From NCBI GenBank assembly GCA_963835575.1, contig CAWIGG010000004.1:224001-288000 (forward strand): DNA of 64,000 bases, read 5' to 3'. Each line of letters opens with the position of its first letter. Position 1 is the stretch's first letter. Shown one piece after another: positions 28,104 to 36,972 of the stretch. Position numbers and translations under genes: made by a program. The notes under the pieces were generated by a model. It was not told the origin of the DNA and made no database searches. It was given only the letters and a program-made list of their open reading frames with translations. This DNA comes from an uncultured Spirochaetota bacterium. Lineage in GTDB: Bacteria > Spirochaetota > Brevinematia > Brevinematales > JAOACQ01.

Positions 28104-29248
28104 AAGACAAACCGGTTATCTTAGTTGTTGATGACCAGCCCCAAAACATTGAACTTCTCGAAGCGCATCTTGTTCCGCTTGGTTATGAAATTGTCAGGGC
28201 GGCAAACGGTGAAGAAGCGCTGGGGAAACTTTCCGGCAATCAAATCGATCTGATCCTGCTGGACGTAACAATGCCCGGCATGGATGGTTTTGAAGTTACC
28301 CGAAGGGTCAGGCAGGATAATACACATCGACTGCTTCCGATAATCCTGGTTACCGCATTGCGGGAAACGGAAGATCGGGTAAAAGGAATTGAAGCCGGTT
28401 GTGATGATTTTATTTCAAAGCCTGTTGATAAAATGGAGCTTTTAGCCCGGGTCCGGTCCCTGCTAAAAATCAAGGCCTATAACGACTTACTGAGCAAAAA
28501 GCAGCGAGAGATCGATTCGGATTTCCAGCAGGCGACACTGGTCCAGAAGACCATCCTGACGCCGAAAAGCGTCTACGGTTCGATCGAAGGCCTGGAGATC
28601 GGCATCCATTACCTGCCGATGAATGGAAACATCAGCGGGGATTATTACAATATCAGCCCGATGAAGAACGGGATTGCCTCAATACTGATCGCGGACGCTT
28701 CGGGCCATGGCATCCATGCGGCTTTATCGACCATGCAGATTGACCTGTTGAACCGGGATAGTTTGTCGGTAAAGTATCCGGATGAGCGGATGGAACAAAT
28801 CAACCGGCAGATGGTGGAACGGCTTTCCAGTAAGAACTTCTTCACCGGTTTCCTCGCCCATGTGCACCAGGACAGGCTCTATTATTCATCTGCCGGCCAT
28901 CCCACCCAATTCCTGGTGCATCCATCCTCCGGTGAGATTGTCCCTCTGAAAACCCGTGGTATGGTGATCGGAATGTTCGATGATTGCGTTTATGAAATGA
29001 AAGAGGAGAAAATCACTAAAGGGGACGGACTGTTCCTCTTCACGGACGGAATATTCGAAGAGTTCAACAGTAAATGTGAGGAATGGGGTGAAGCCGGTCT
29101 TAAGTCATTTCTGAGCGGCAGAATGGGAAAACTGGCCGGGATGCCGGTAAATCAGTGGGGTCAGATGCTGCTGGATGAAATGAACCGCTACCGTGAGGAT
29201 ATCCTGATCAACGATGATATCACCATTGTCTGTGTCAGAATGATCTAA
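28100..29248 (+). CDS. Receiver-PP2C (RsbU/SpoIIE-type) phosphatase
   Basis: Receiver nearly identical to that of 26757; SGDYY, IADASGHG, SAGHP, FTDG, DDIT. Confidence 0.9.
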   Translation: MKDKPVILVVDDQPQNIELLEAHLVPLGYEIVRAANGEEALGKLSGNQIDLILLDVTMPGMDGFEVTRRVRQDNTHRLLPIILVTALRETEDRVKGIEAGCDDFISKPVDKMELLARVRSLLKIKAYNDLLSKKQREIDSDFQQATLVQKTILTPKSVYGSIEGLEIGIHYLPMNGNISGDYYNISPMKNGIASILIADASGHGIHAALSTMQIDLLNRDSLSVKYPDERMEQINRQMVERLSSKNFFTGFLAHVHQDRLYYSSAGHPTQFLVHPSSGEIVPLKTRGMVIGMFDDCVYEMKEEKITKGDGLFLFTDGIFEEFNSKCEEWGEAGLKSFLSGRMGKLAGMPVNQWGQMLLDEMNRYREDILINDDITIVCVRMI

Positions 29249-29346
29249 TACCAAGTTGCAATCAATATAGAGCAACTTTTGTGCAGAACTCAGCTATGCT
29301 GAGGAGGGAGCACAACCTATAGTTGCTCTTTGATTGCAACTTGGTA
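29249..29346. mobile_element. MITE-like element with TA-flanked terminal inverted repeats
   Basis: TA-CCAAGTTGCAATCAA...AGAGCAACT ... AGTTGCTCT-TTGATTGCAACTTGG-TA; internal stems. Confidence 0.65.
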
Positions 29347-29514
29347 TAAAAGCAATTCTCCCCATTCCGGGATAAAAACAAACTCCCTATTATGTATGAA
29401 GTCCAAGGCTTTGTATTTAGTACCTGTGCGGAAATCGGCATTTCAAATTCATAAAACAAAAATTTGCCGCATACAGTCCGGATTTTCTAAAAATTCCATT
29501 TATAACTGAAACGG

Positions 29515-29622
29515 GAAGAGAAGTTCGATGGGAAGTTCATGATCAGTACTTCGGATGATTCGATGCCTGTGGAAGATATCGCATTGGGGTATAAGCAGAA
29601 GTTAAAGATTGAACGGGTATTC
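29515..29622 (+). pseudogene. Internal fragment of an IS1634-like transposase (frameshifted copy at ~19559-19665)
   Basis: EEKFDGKFMISTSDDSMPVEDIALGYKQKLKIERVF resembles the DGKxxxxTsDxxLxxEDxALGYKQLxxxExxF segment. Confidence 0.6.
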
Positions 29623-29661
29623 AATGGAAAATCCCATTCCGGGCCGATAACCGTGAATAGC

Positions 29662-29703
29662 AAAGAAAAGGGGCATCGGGAAACACCCGAAGCCCCTTTC
29701 TTT
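29662..29703 (-). terminator. Intrinsic terminator downstream of ice-binding gene 2
   Basis: Same hairpin as 19705-19746. Confidence 0.75.
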
Positions 29704-29754
29704 ACGCTATATATTAGTTATGACTGTCCCTGCCTGGGGACCGAATCCCTTAGC

Positions 29755-30540
29755 CTACTTTTGAGTCACTGTACTGGAGTCTAATGTCACAGCAGTCTGT
29801 GCCAACAGTCTGCCGTTCACTGTCGCGCCGGTATTTACCACAATCGATGTTTGATCCAGAATATTTCCATTGAAAACAGATGTTGTGCCAAGTGCCGTTT
29901 GGCCGGCGACTACCCAGAAGATGTTCTTCGCCAGTGCACCGCCGCTTAGGATAATATGTTTAGCAGCGCTGATATCGAGAGTCCCTGCTATCTGGAAGAT
30001 CCAGACATCATCAGGACCGCCGTTGAGAGTGACATCGCTGTTTATCAAAAGTCCGGTGCTCCATTTGTAGAGACCGGGAGTGAGTGTCATCCCGCTAATA
30101 TTTCCGGCTCCAAGTTCAATATAATCCGGTAAAGTCCGCCCGGCCGCATCGTTGTACGCAGTCAACATGTCGCTTACAGCAATGGTCAGGATAGAAGGAG
30201 TTGGAGACGTATAGTCTGCCGCATACACCTTTCCGATAACCTGGCCGGATGTCGAAAATATACCCGTGCTATCCAGTATTAATGAGAATCCCGTAATGGC
30301 GCCGGAAGCGATCGGGCTCACGCCGATATCGCCGGTCACTACGGAGGTTGGAACGGTTGAGATCCCTGATTTTGCAAGAATCACAAAATTACCGGCTGTT
30401 CCAAGGCTTACCGGTAATGGACCTGCCGCTATAGCTGCCATTGTTACGGAACTCGCAGGCGCAAATGCGGAAGGCGTTATTGAACAAGCTGTTAAAGCGA
30501 ACGCGCAGGCCAGCAAACCGATTGTAATAATTTTCTTCAT
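29755..30540 (-). CDS. DUF3494 ice-binding-like lipoprotein, copy 2
   Basis: Lipobox LTAC; LGTAGNFVILAKSGISTVP, YAADY, LTPGLYKW, NIFWVV, GRLLAQTAVTL. Confidence 0.92.
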   Translation of the reverse strand: MKKIITIGLLACAFALTACSITPSAFAPASSVTMAAIAAGPLPVSLGTAGNFVILAKSGISTVPTSVVTGDIGVSPIASGAITGFSLILDSTGIFSTSGQVIGKVYAADYTSPTPSILTIAVSDMLTAYNDAAGRTLPDYIELGAGNISGMTLTPGLYKWSTGLLINSDVTLNGGPDDVWIFQIAGTLDISAAKHIILSGGALAKNIFWVVAGQTALGTTSVFNGNILDQTSIVVNTGATVNGRLLAQTAVTLDSSTVTQK

Positions 30541-30605
30541 AATTTTCTCCTAAATTTTTTCATAAAACACATAAACCGAAACCCTAAAAACAAAAAGATT
30601 ACTGA

Positions 30606-30614
30606 TTACCTCAT
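30606..30614 (-). other. Minimal upstream ORF ATG-AGG-TAA with strong Shine-Dalgarno
   Basis: GAAGGAG-7 nt-ATGAGGTAA in the leader of ice-binding gene 2. Confidence 0.5.
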
Positions 30615-30768
30615 GTTATATCTCCTTCATTATTATTTAATTCCCTTACCGCCGCGTCACACACAAGCGTGGCGCGCAGAACAATCTAATTCACGGCAAC
30701 TTTAAAAAGAACTCTCATATTCGTTCATGCCGATTTTTCCTGTATCGAATGGTGAACAAGCTTATATA

Positions 30769-30785
30769 AGCAATATCCATGCCAG
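30769..30785 (-). promoter_or_regulatory. sigma54 (-24/-12) promoter of ice-binding gene 2
   Basis: CTGGCATGGATATTGCT. Confidence 0.7.
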
Positions 30786-31476
30786 CATATTCCTTTATGG
30801 TAAAAAAGGAATTATACAAACATATTACCGGATGGTAATAATTCACCGGCAGAAGCAATGATATGTAAAAAAGCATCGGAAAAAGCGAGTAACTTTGGAG
30901 ACTAAAAATAATGCGTATATGTCTGTATATTAAAGAATAACGCCAATAATCAAATATAATTTACCCCAATAAACAGTCTCAATTTCAGACGCTTTTTTGG
31001 GGTAAATTAAGAAGCTTAAATTCAAACGGTAAGCGGATTAATGTTTTTTAATAAATTACTTCAGGAGATTACCGGTATCAGGTTTTAATTCCCGAATGTA
31101 TGTTATCAGACAACACTACGTAGGGTTTCACACGGAATTAAAATTTTCAACGGCTTAATTCCTCTTATTGATCCAAAGAAATGAAAAAATCGATATCTTA
31201 TTTGTATAAATTAATAGTTGCCGCAATCAAGGAACCGTTCCACGGATTCTGAAATCCTTTCGAGGTTGAACTTACCGTATTTTCCCGAATAATCCGCGTC
31301 ATAACCGAACTGGAATTCCGGAAAGTGCTCCTTCAGGGTATCCCGGACCGCGCTTGGTACATAACCAGGCATAAAGGCTCCTGTGGAAAATCCCGCAATA
31401 GCCTTGTTGTTATATGGTGTTAAAAATGAGAGGAAATGGGGGAAATATTGAAGTGTTAACAAATATTTTTCTGATT

Positions 31477-31712
31477 CATGAGTTTATGCTCTGGTCCGGC
31501 CCACAGGCCGTTCTGGCCGCCATGCTCAACTCAATCGATAAAATGTCGGCCGGTTATTATGGAATGATGAACCTTCTCATCCAGATGCCGGTCAATCTAT
31601 ACTGGGGCATCGGCTTTGCCGGCATTATGATCGCCAACTTTATAGACGAATCCTGGCGGGCCGTTGTGAATTATCTGCGATTTCATTTCAATCCGAAAAA
31701 GATATCTTTATT
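31477..31712 (+). pseudogene. Internally deleted MATE-like transporter remnant
   Basis: EFMLWSGPQAVLAAMLNSID...YWGIG joined directly to GIMIANFIDESWRAVVNYLRF. Confidence 0.45.
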
Positions 31713-31757
31713 AAGCGGCCAAATAAAAAAAGGGGGTTATAATCAATTTATAAATTT

Positions 31758-32144
31758 TTATTCTACTATAATAATAGAATTGACGCTTTTACCGCCGTCG
31801 GATTCTATGTCCGGATTATCCGGATCGGGGATCCAGTAGCCGTCCAGCACGAACTTATAGAGATAACGCCCCTTCCTCAGCGGAAGCTTGACGCTCCAGA
31901 GCCCCGTCTCATCTTTCTTCATTTCGGTGATGATGCCGCTCCAGCCGTTGAATGTCCCGGCCAGCGTGACAAGAACCGCGTCCGGCGCATAGAGCTTGAA
32001 AATAACACCGTCGCCGGCTAGCGCCGGGTAATTTTTCCCCTTTGTGTATGTGGTATGCGGGTTTTTAACGGCCGTCTTCGAAGAACACCCCGCGATTAAA
32101 ATAAAAATAAACAAAGTGTATATTAATATGAATATTTTTTTCAT
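31758..32144 (-). CDS. Glycogen-binding (CBM48/AMPK-beta-like) lipoprotein
   Basis: Lipobox IAGC; VTLAGTFNGW, GLWSV, YKFVLDGYWIPDPDNP. Confidence 0.85.
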   Translation of the reverse strand: MKKIFILIYTLFIFILIAGCSSKTAVKNPHTTYTKGKNYPALAGDGVIFKLYAPDAVLVTLAGTFNGWSGIITEMKKDETGLWSVKLPLRKGRYLYKFVLDGYWIPDPDNPDIESDGGKSVNSIIIVE

Positions 32145-32156
32145 ATACCCCTCCTT

Positions 32157-34793
32157 TTACTTCGCGCCGGCAATGCTGATAGTGAGCCTGTCCGGATGCA
32201 GAAATTTCTTCGCGCATTCATTTACTTCTTCTTTTGTCACAGATGAAAGAATTTTCAGGTATTTATTAAGATAGTCCGGGTCCTGCCGGTAAAGGACAAA
32301 ATTCTCAAATGTGTTCGCCTGGGAATTAATGGTTTCCAGCATGAAAGCGAAACGGGAAAGCATGCTGATCTTGGCCAGAAGGACTTCTTTTTCATAAACT
32401 CCATCCTTCTGCACCTTTCTCAGCTCATCGATAAAAATTTCAATTGCCCTGTCGACAGTCCCCGGCGCGGTCTGGATATAGCCCTGGAACGGGCACTCGC
32501 CGAGCGTTGATTCAAACCATGCTTCAGCATGATAGGAAAGGCCCAGTTTCACACGGATTGCCTGTATGAGCCGGGAGTTCATAAACCCTCCGTTCCCTAC
32601 TATGGAATTCATAACGGCATTGGGAATATAGAGCGGGTCGTCATGCATCAAACCCTCCGCACCGAAACGGATGATCGACTGCTCCTTTTTGGGCATTTCT
32701 TTCTTAACAACAATGGTTTTGTCCGGAAGCGTAAGGGGCGGTACAGATACAACATTTACTTTATCGCTTCCCTTCTTCCATGAGGAAAGGAATTTTACCG
32801 CCTGCTGATACGCCTCTTCTTTTTTTATATTGCCGACGATGATCAGGACGGAACCGTTAGCCTGATAATATTTATCATAAAATTCCTGTACAGCCGGCAT
32901 CATGATTTTATCGTAATCCGATTCAACGGCATCCTCTCTTTCACGGATGGGATGAAGAGGCGGATACAATAATTTATTCAGGTTTTTCTCGGCATGATAA
33001 TCCGGGTCATCGACATAATCGGAATGGATCACATCCCGCTTCAGGTCATTTTTTTCCATTTCCAGCACAAGAGGCATGAATTTTCTGTCTTTCAATGAAA
33101 GGCTGACCCATTCAATGATCCTTGACAGATGTTCCGGCATACCGTTCACGGAAAATGTCGCGTAGTCCAGCGAATTGCCCCATGAGCCTTGAGCCCCTTC
33201 AGCGTCGAGGTCATTCTTCAGCTTGATAAATGGACCGCCGTCAAAAACAAGGGAAGCTGTCAGGCCTGAAAGGTCCGGCTGCCCCGGCTTCTCAAAGCCG
33301 ATACCGGCATGGATTCCCAGCCGGATTGAAAGCTGCTCGTTCTGATGATTTTCCTTGATGATAATCCTGAGCCCGTTATCAAGTGTCCTGTCAAGAACAT
33401 CTCCTGAAAAGCGGTCGGCCGCGGCCTTGACGTCGAAGAGCATGTTTTCCACTTCTTTTTGATATTTTTTCAATTCTTCCTGCGAACCCTCGTTATTGAC
33501 GGAAACGGGCTCAGTCCTGACTGCGGCGTCATTCCTTGGTAATACAGGCTGAGATTCAATCCCGGCTTTCACGGAACTTACTTCCAGTATTCCTGTCACG
33601 GCGTTGGTCCTGTTCAGGTATTTATGGATAATGGATATTACCTCATCCGGAGTGATCTTTTTGAAATCATCCATTAATGCGTCATATGTCTTATAATCAC
33701 CTTTTCTCTCAAAGGCTCCGATGATATTTCCGATATCAGACAATCTTGAATAACTTGTTTTTTCCTGAGCGAAAAACTTTTTTGTCAGCCGAGGCAGGGC
33801 TTTTTTGATATAATTTTCATCTATGGTCTCATCAATATAATACGGTTTGTCCCCTCCGAAATCGGACCACATGACCGTATCATCGGGCGTTTCATAATAA
33901 CCCACCTCCCGTAAAAGATCGATGCTGGAAATGAACGAAAGCACTACCGAATCCACGTTTTTTATACTGGCCGGCGGCGCGTAATAGATGACGGAGCCGA
34001 AAGGGTCCGGCGCGACGCCCTGGACAATCACTATGTTTGTCGATCTATGAGCTGCCCTTAATACTTTTTCCTCCGCTATATTCTTTTTCTGAAGGCCGCC
34101 GAAGACATTCCTGATCTTAGCAAGAACATCCTGCGTCTTGATATCTCCGACTATAATCAAAAAAACATTGTTCGGCGCGTAAAATTTGTTATAGAATTTT
34201 TTCATATCATCGAAAGTCAGGCCGCTCACATCCTCTATTTCTTTTAATGACTCCTGTCTTCCCATCGGCAGACCATCAAAAGCCTCGCTGAACAATCTCT
34301 CATTCAGCAGGGAATCAGGCGAATTCCTGTTATTCCGTAGTTCGGATAAAACAACCATCCTTTCTTTCCGGAATTCCTCTTCATCAATTAACGCATTCTT
34401 CATTCTTTCCTTTTCAATATCCAGCGCAAGGTCCAGTTTCGAAGGCGAAAGAACTTCCCAGTAGGCTGTCGTATTGTATGCCGTCCAGCCGTTAGCCAGA
34501 GCCCCTGTTTCAGTCAGCAGTTTTGTTAGGTCGCCGCCGCGGTATTTTTTTGTCGAACGGAAAAGCATATGCTCCAGAAAATGGGCTGTCCCGACAATTC
34601 CGTTGGTCTCATTCCGCCTTCCGACTTTATACCACATGCCCACATAAACCAGAGGCGCGTTGTGCACTTCTTTTATCAATACCTTAAAACCGTTGTCCAG
34701 TTCATATTTATTCACTCCTTCCATAACGCTTATGGAATAAACAGAACCTGTGAATAATAGAAAAACAAAAAATAAACCCGTTTTTTTTATCAT
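32157..34793 (-). CDS. M16-family (pitrilysin/PqqL-like) zinc peptidase, exported
   Basis: Signal peptide; LDNG, HFLEH (HxxEH), FYAPNN, second LDNG half, SRL...R.KLGLSY. Confidence 0.9.
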   Translation of the reverse strand: MIKKTGLFFVFLLFTGSVYSISVMEGVNKYELDNGFKVLIKEVHNAPLVYVGMWYKVGRRNETNGIVGTAHFLEHMLFRSTKKYRGGDLTKLLTETGALANGWTAYNTTAYWEVLSPSKLDLALDIEKERMKNALIDEEEFRKERMVVLSELRNNRNSPDSLLNERLFSEAFDGLPMGRQESLKEIEDVSGLTFDDMKKFYNKFYAPNNVFLIIVGDIKTQDVLAKIRNVFGGLQKKNIAEEKVLRAAHRSTNIVIVQGVAPDPFGSVIYYAPPASIKNVDSVVLSFISSIDLLREVGYYETPDDTVMWSDFGGDKPYYIDETIDENYIKKALPRLTKKFFAQEKTSYSRLSDIGNIIGAFERKGDYKTYDALMDDFKKITPDEVISIIHKYLNRTNAVTGILEVSSVKAGIESQPVLPRNDAAVRTEPVSVNNEGSQEELKKYQKEVENMLFDVKAAADRFSGDVLDRTLDNGLRIIIKENHQNEQLSIRLGIHAGIGFEKPGQPDLSGLTASLVFDGGPFIKLKNDLDAEGAQGSWGNSLDYATFSVNGMPEHLSRIIEWVSLSLKDRKFMPLVLEMEKNDLKRDVIHSDYVDDPDYHAEKNLNKLLYPPLHPIREREDAVESDYDKIMMPAVQEFYDKYYQANGSVLIIVGNIKKEEAYQQAVKFLSSWKKGSDKVNVVSVPPLTLPDKTIVVKKEMPKKEQSIIRFGAEGLMHDDPLYIPNAVMNSIVGNGGFMNSRLIQAIRVKLGLSYHAEAWFESTLGECPFQGYIQTAPGTVDRAIEIFIDELRKVQKDGVYEKEVLLAKISMLSRFAFMLETINSQANTFENFVLYRQDPDYLNKYLKILSSVTKEEVNECAKKFLHPDRLTISIAGAK

Positions 34794-34890
34794 AATGACT
34801 CCTCATTTATTTTAAAATTCCGCCGGGTAATGGTATCAGGGGCGGTTCTGTAAAACCTCACCCCGGGTTTTGGATTTCCGCACTTTAATA

Positions 34891-34919
34891 AATATACAAA
34901 CACAGTTCTATATTGTCAA
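34891..34919 (-). promoter_or_regulatory. sigma70-type promoter of the peptidase operon
   Basis: TTGACA-17 nt-TATATT on the minus strand. Confidence 0.55.
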
Positions 34920-35061
34920 TAATTAAATCAATTAACCGCGGTTTTTGCGCAATTTTCATGCTTAACACTTTATTCATTAAATATGAGGCGGATATTAAAC
35001 TGTTTAATCCAAATGGAATGCGGTTGCTGGAATTGCCGCGGTATTTCTTTTTATATTCTAA

Positions 35062-36752
35062 CCTAAACTGAGCGATTCTTTATTAGCCGAATTATAAAAA
35101 ACCATGCTAAAATAGAATGGGGTAAGGAAATGGTTGCCGCCATCCTTACCCCGAAAAAACACCCATTGGGTGCAAAAGCAGGTTAATTATGGCTGAAAAA
35201 AATAAATATTGCAAAAATGAGATTTCTGAAATTGGAATAACGGATGATCTATTAAGCGGCAGGGGAGGATTGGCATTTTTTTGCAGATACCTCAAAGGGA
35301 CACACGTATTATCGCTGATTACTGGAATATTTGACGGCCTGCGGAAAAGTTCAAAAGGGCAAAAGATCGAGAATATACTAAAGCAGATATTCTGCTTTTT
35401 CGTTGACGGAAGCCAAAATACTATGACGAGGTTTGACGATCTGAAAAACAATATGGGGTATGCCGGGACAATTGAGTTCTCAAAGAATGAAATGGCATCC
35501 TCACATACAATGAAACGGTTCTTAGGCGCCGTAACGGAAAAAATGGTGAATGCTTTAGGTCATTTTTTACTGGAGTTGTTTATCTGGCGGCTCAAAATAA
35601 CCCGGCCAAAGGTAATTGTACTTGGTGTTGATTCGACGGTATTAGACAATAACAGCGCGCGAAAACGGGAAGGCGTAACTCTGACATATAAAATGGTAAA
35701 AGGGTTTCATCCTTTATTGTTCTATTGGGGGCCTTATGTGATTTATTCGCTGTTTCGGGAAGGGAGCGCACATTGTAATCACGGGAATGACCTGAACGAA
35801 TCGCTTGAAAAAATCATCGGAAAGATCCGTAAAGAATACGATAAAGACGTGCCGGTTATTGTTGTTTCAGATAGTGGGTTCAATGATCAGAAATACTATG
35901 AATGGATGGAAGAAAACGGACATTACTATATCTGCGGCGGTACAATGTACAACGACATCAAACTGGATTTGATCCGCAAGCTTCCGCAAGGCTGGAGCAA
36001 TTTTGAGAGAAAAGGCGATGTCTGGGAATATTGTGATTTTAGAGACAAACGGGAGAAATGGAGCAAAGGCCGCCGGGCGATTTACTGTAAAAGGGCAAAT
36101 AATGGAGATGAGTACCTTCTGGATTTTGCGAAACCGGATAATTTAATTTACACAAATTTATATAATCAGGAATTACTAAAAAAGGCAGGACTGGAAAAAT
36201 ACCTGGCGGCTAAAGAGATTATCGAACTTTATCTCTTAAGGGCGAAGGATGAATTGGTAAATCGGAGCGTGAAGGAGTTTGCGGATGAAACACTCCCTTT
36301 CAAAAGGTTTATCTCAAATGCCGCATACTATTTTCTGATGCTGATATCCCGCAATTTATTGATTGCTATGCAGGAAGACGCGCTTTCAGATAGCTTCCCA
36401 ATTGGCAGTTATCCGGACACTGTAAGACGGCTTTTTATTGACATAGCCGGAAAGATCGTAAGAAGAAGCAGAAAAATTGTATTGAAATTTCGGCATGAAG
36501 TAATAGACGAATTGGGGCTATTTAAAGTTTGGGACAAATGCCTGTTCGTTGTCCCAATATAAATTATTAAAGCTAAAAAACCGGATAAGGGGGTATTGCG
36601 CTCAAAACTAAAATTTCAACAAATAAGGACCTTTTCTAAAGGGTCTTGTACTTTAAATTGGATGGGTAATATCTCACTCCTTAAAATTTCTAAAACCCCA
36701 CCCGTTTAACAGGCCGATTTTTTGAATTAATAAAAGAATCGCTCAGTTTAGG
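35062..36752 (+). mobile_element. IS1380-family insertion sequence
   Basis: Perfect 20-bp terminal IR CCTAAACTGAGCGATTCTTT at both ends; single large transposase ORF. Confidence 0.85.
35189..36562 (+). CDS. IS1380-family DDE transposase
   Basis: LSGRGGL, GVDST, KGFHPL, FREGSAH, DSGF, Y..RA..E, PFKRF..N. Confidence 0.85.
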   Translation: MAEKNKYCKNEISEIGITDDLLSGRGGLAFFCRYLKGTHVLSLITGIFDGLRKSSKGQKIENILKQIFCFFVDGSQNTMTRFDDLKNNMGYAGTIEFSKNEMASSHTMKRFLGAVTEKMVNALGHFLLELFIWRLKITRPKVIVLGVDSTVLDNNSARKREGVTLTYKMVKGFHPLLFYWGPYVIYSLFREGSAHCNHGNDLNESLEKIIGKIRKEYDKDVPVIVVSDSGFNDQKYYEWMEENGHYYICGGTMYNDIKLDLIRKLPQGWSNFERKGDVWEYCDFRDKREKWSKGRRAIYCKRANNGDEYLLDFAKPDNLIYTNLYNQELLKKAGLEKYLAAKEIIELYLLRAKDELVNRSVKEFADETLPFKRFISNAAYYFLMLISRNLLIAMQEDALSDSFPIGSYPDTVRRLFIDIAGKIVRRSRKIVLKFRHEVIDELGLFKVWDKCLFVVPI

Positions 36753-36784
36753 TTATATTATATGCTTAAATTTCAGCAAAACTA

Positions 36785-36813
36785 TTGACAATTCATAATG
36801 CTTACATTAAAAT
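36785..36813 (+). promoter_or_regulatory. sigma70-type promoter of the sugar ABC operon
   Basis: TTGACA-17 nt-TAAAAT. Confidence 0.6.
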
Positions 36814-36972
36814 TTACCCGTTTGGCAAGCTTTTGTATAATAAACACAATAAATACAGCAGAGGAAGAACTTAAAAGACGGGGACAATTTAAAAAGACCT
36901 TCTATTCAAAAGCCGGAGAAAAAGGATCTTTAAAAGTAAATCACTAAAAATATTTTTATAAGGAGAGAAAGT

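Larger units (their letters stand above)
29501..31214 (+). repeat. ~1.7-kb direct duplication, copy 2
   Basis: Colinear with 19545-21220. Confidence 0.95.

Noticed and set aside
24791..28488. Near-identical repeats as template/variable regions of a diversity-generating retroelement
   Set aside because: Differences are mostly synonymous and not adenine-specific; no reverse transcriptase present
31211..31462. 83-aa minus-strand ORF
   Set aside because: Its 3' part looks like a gene C-terminal remnant but no family was recognised and there is no credible start
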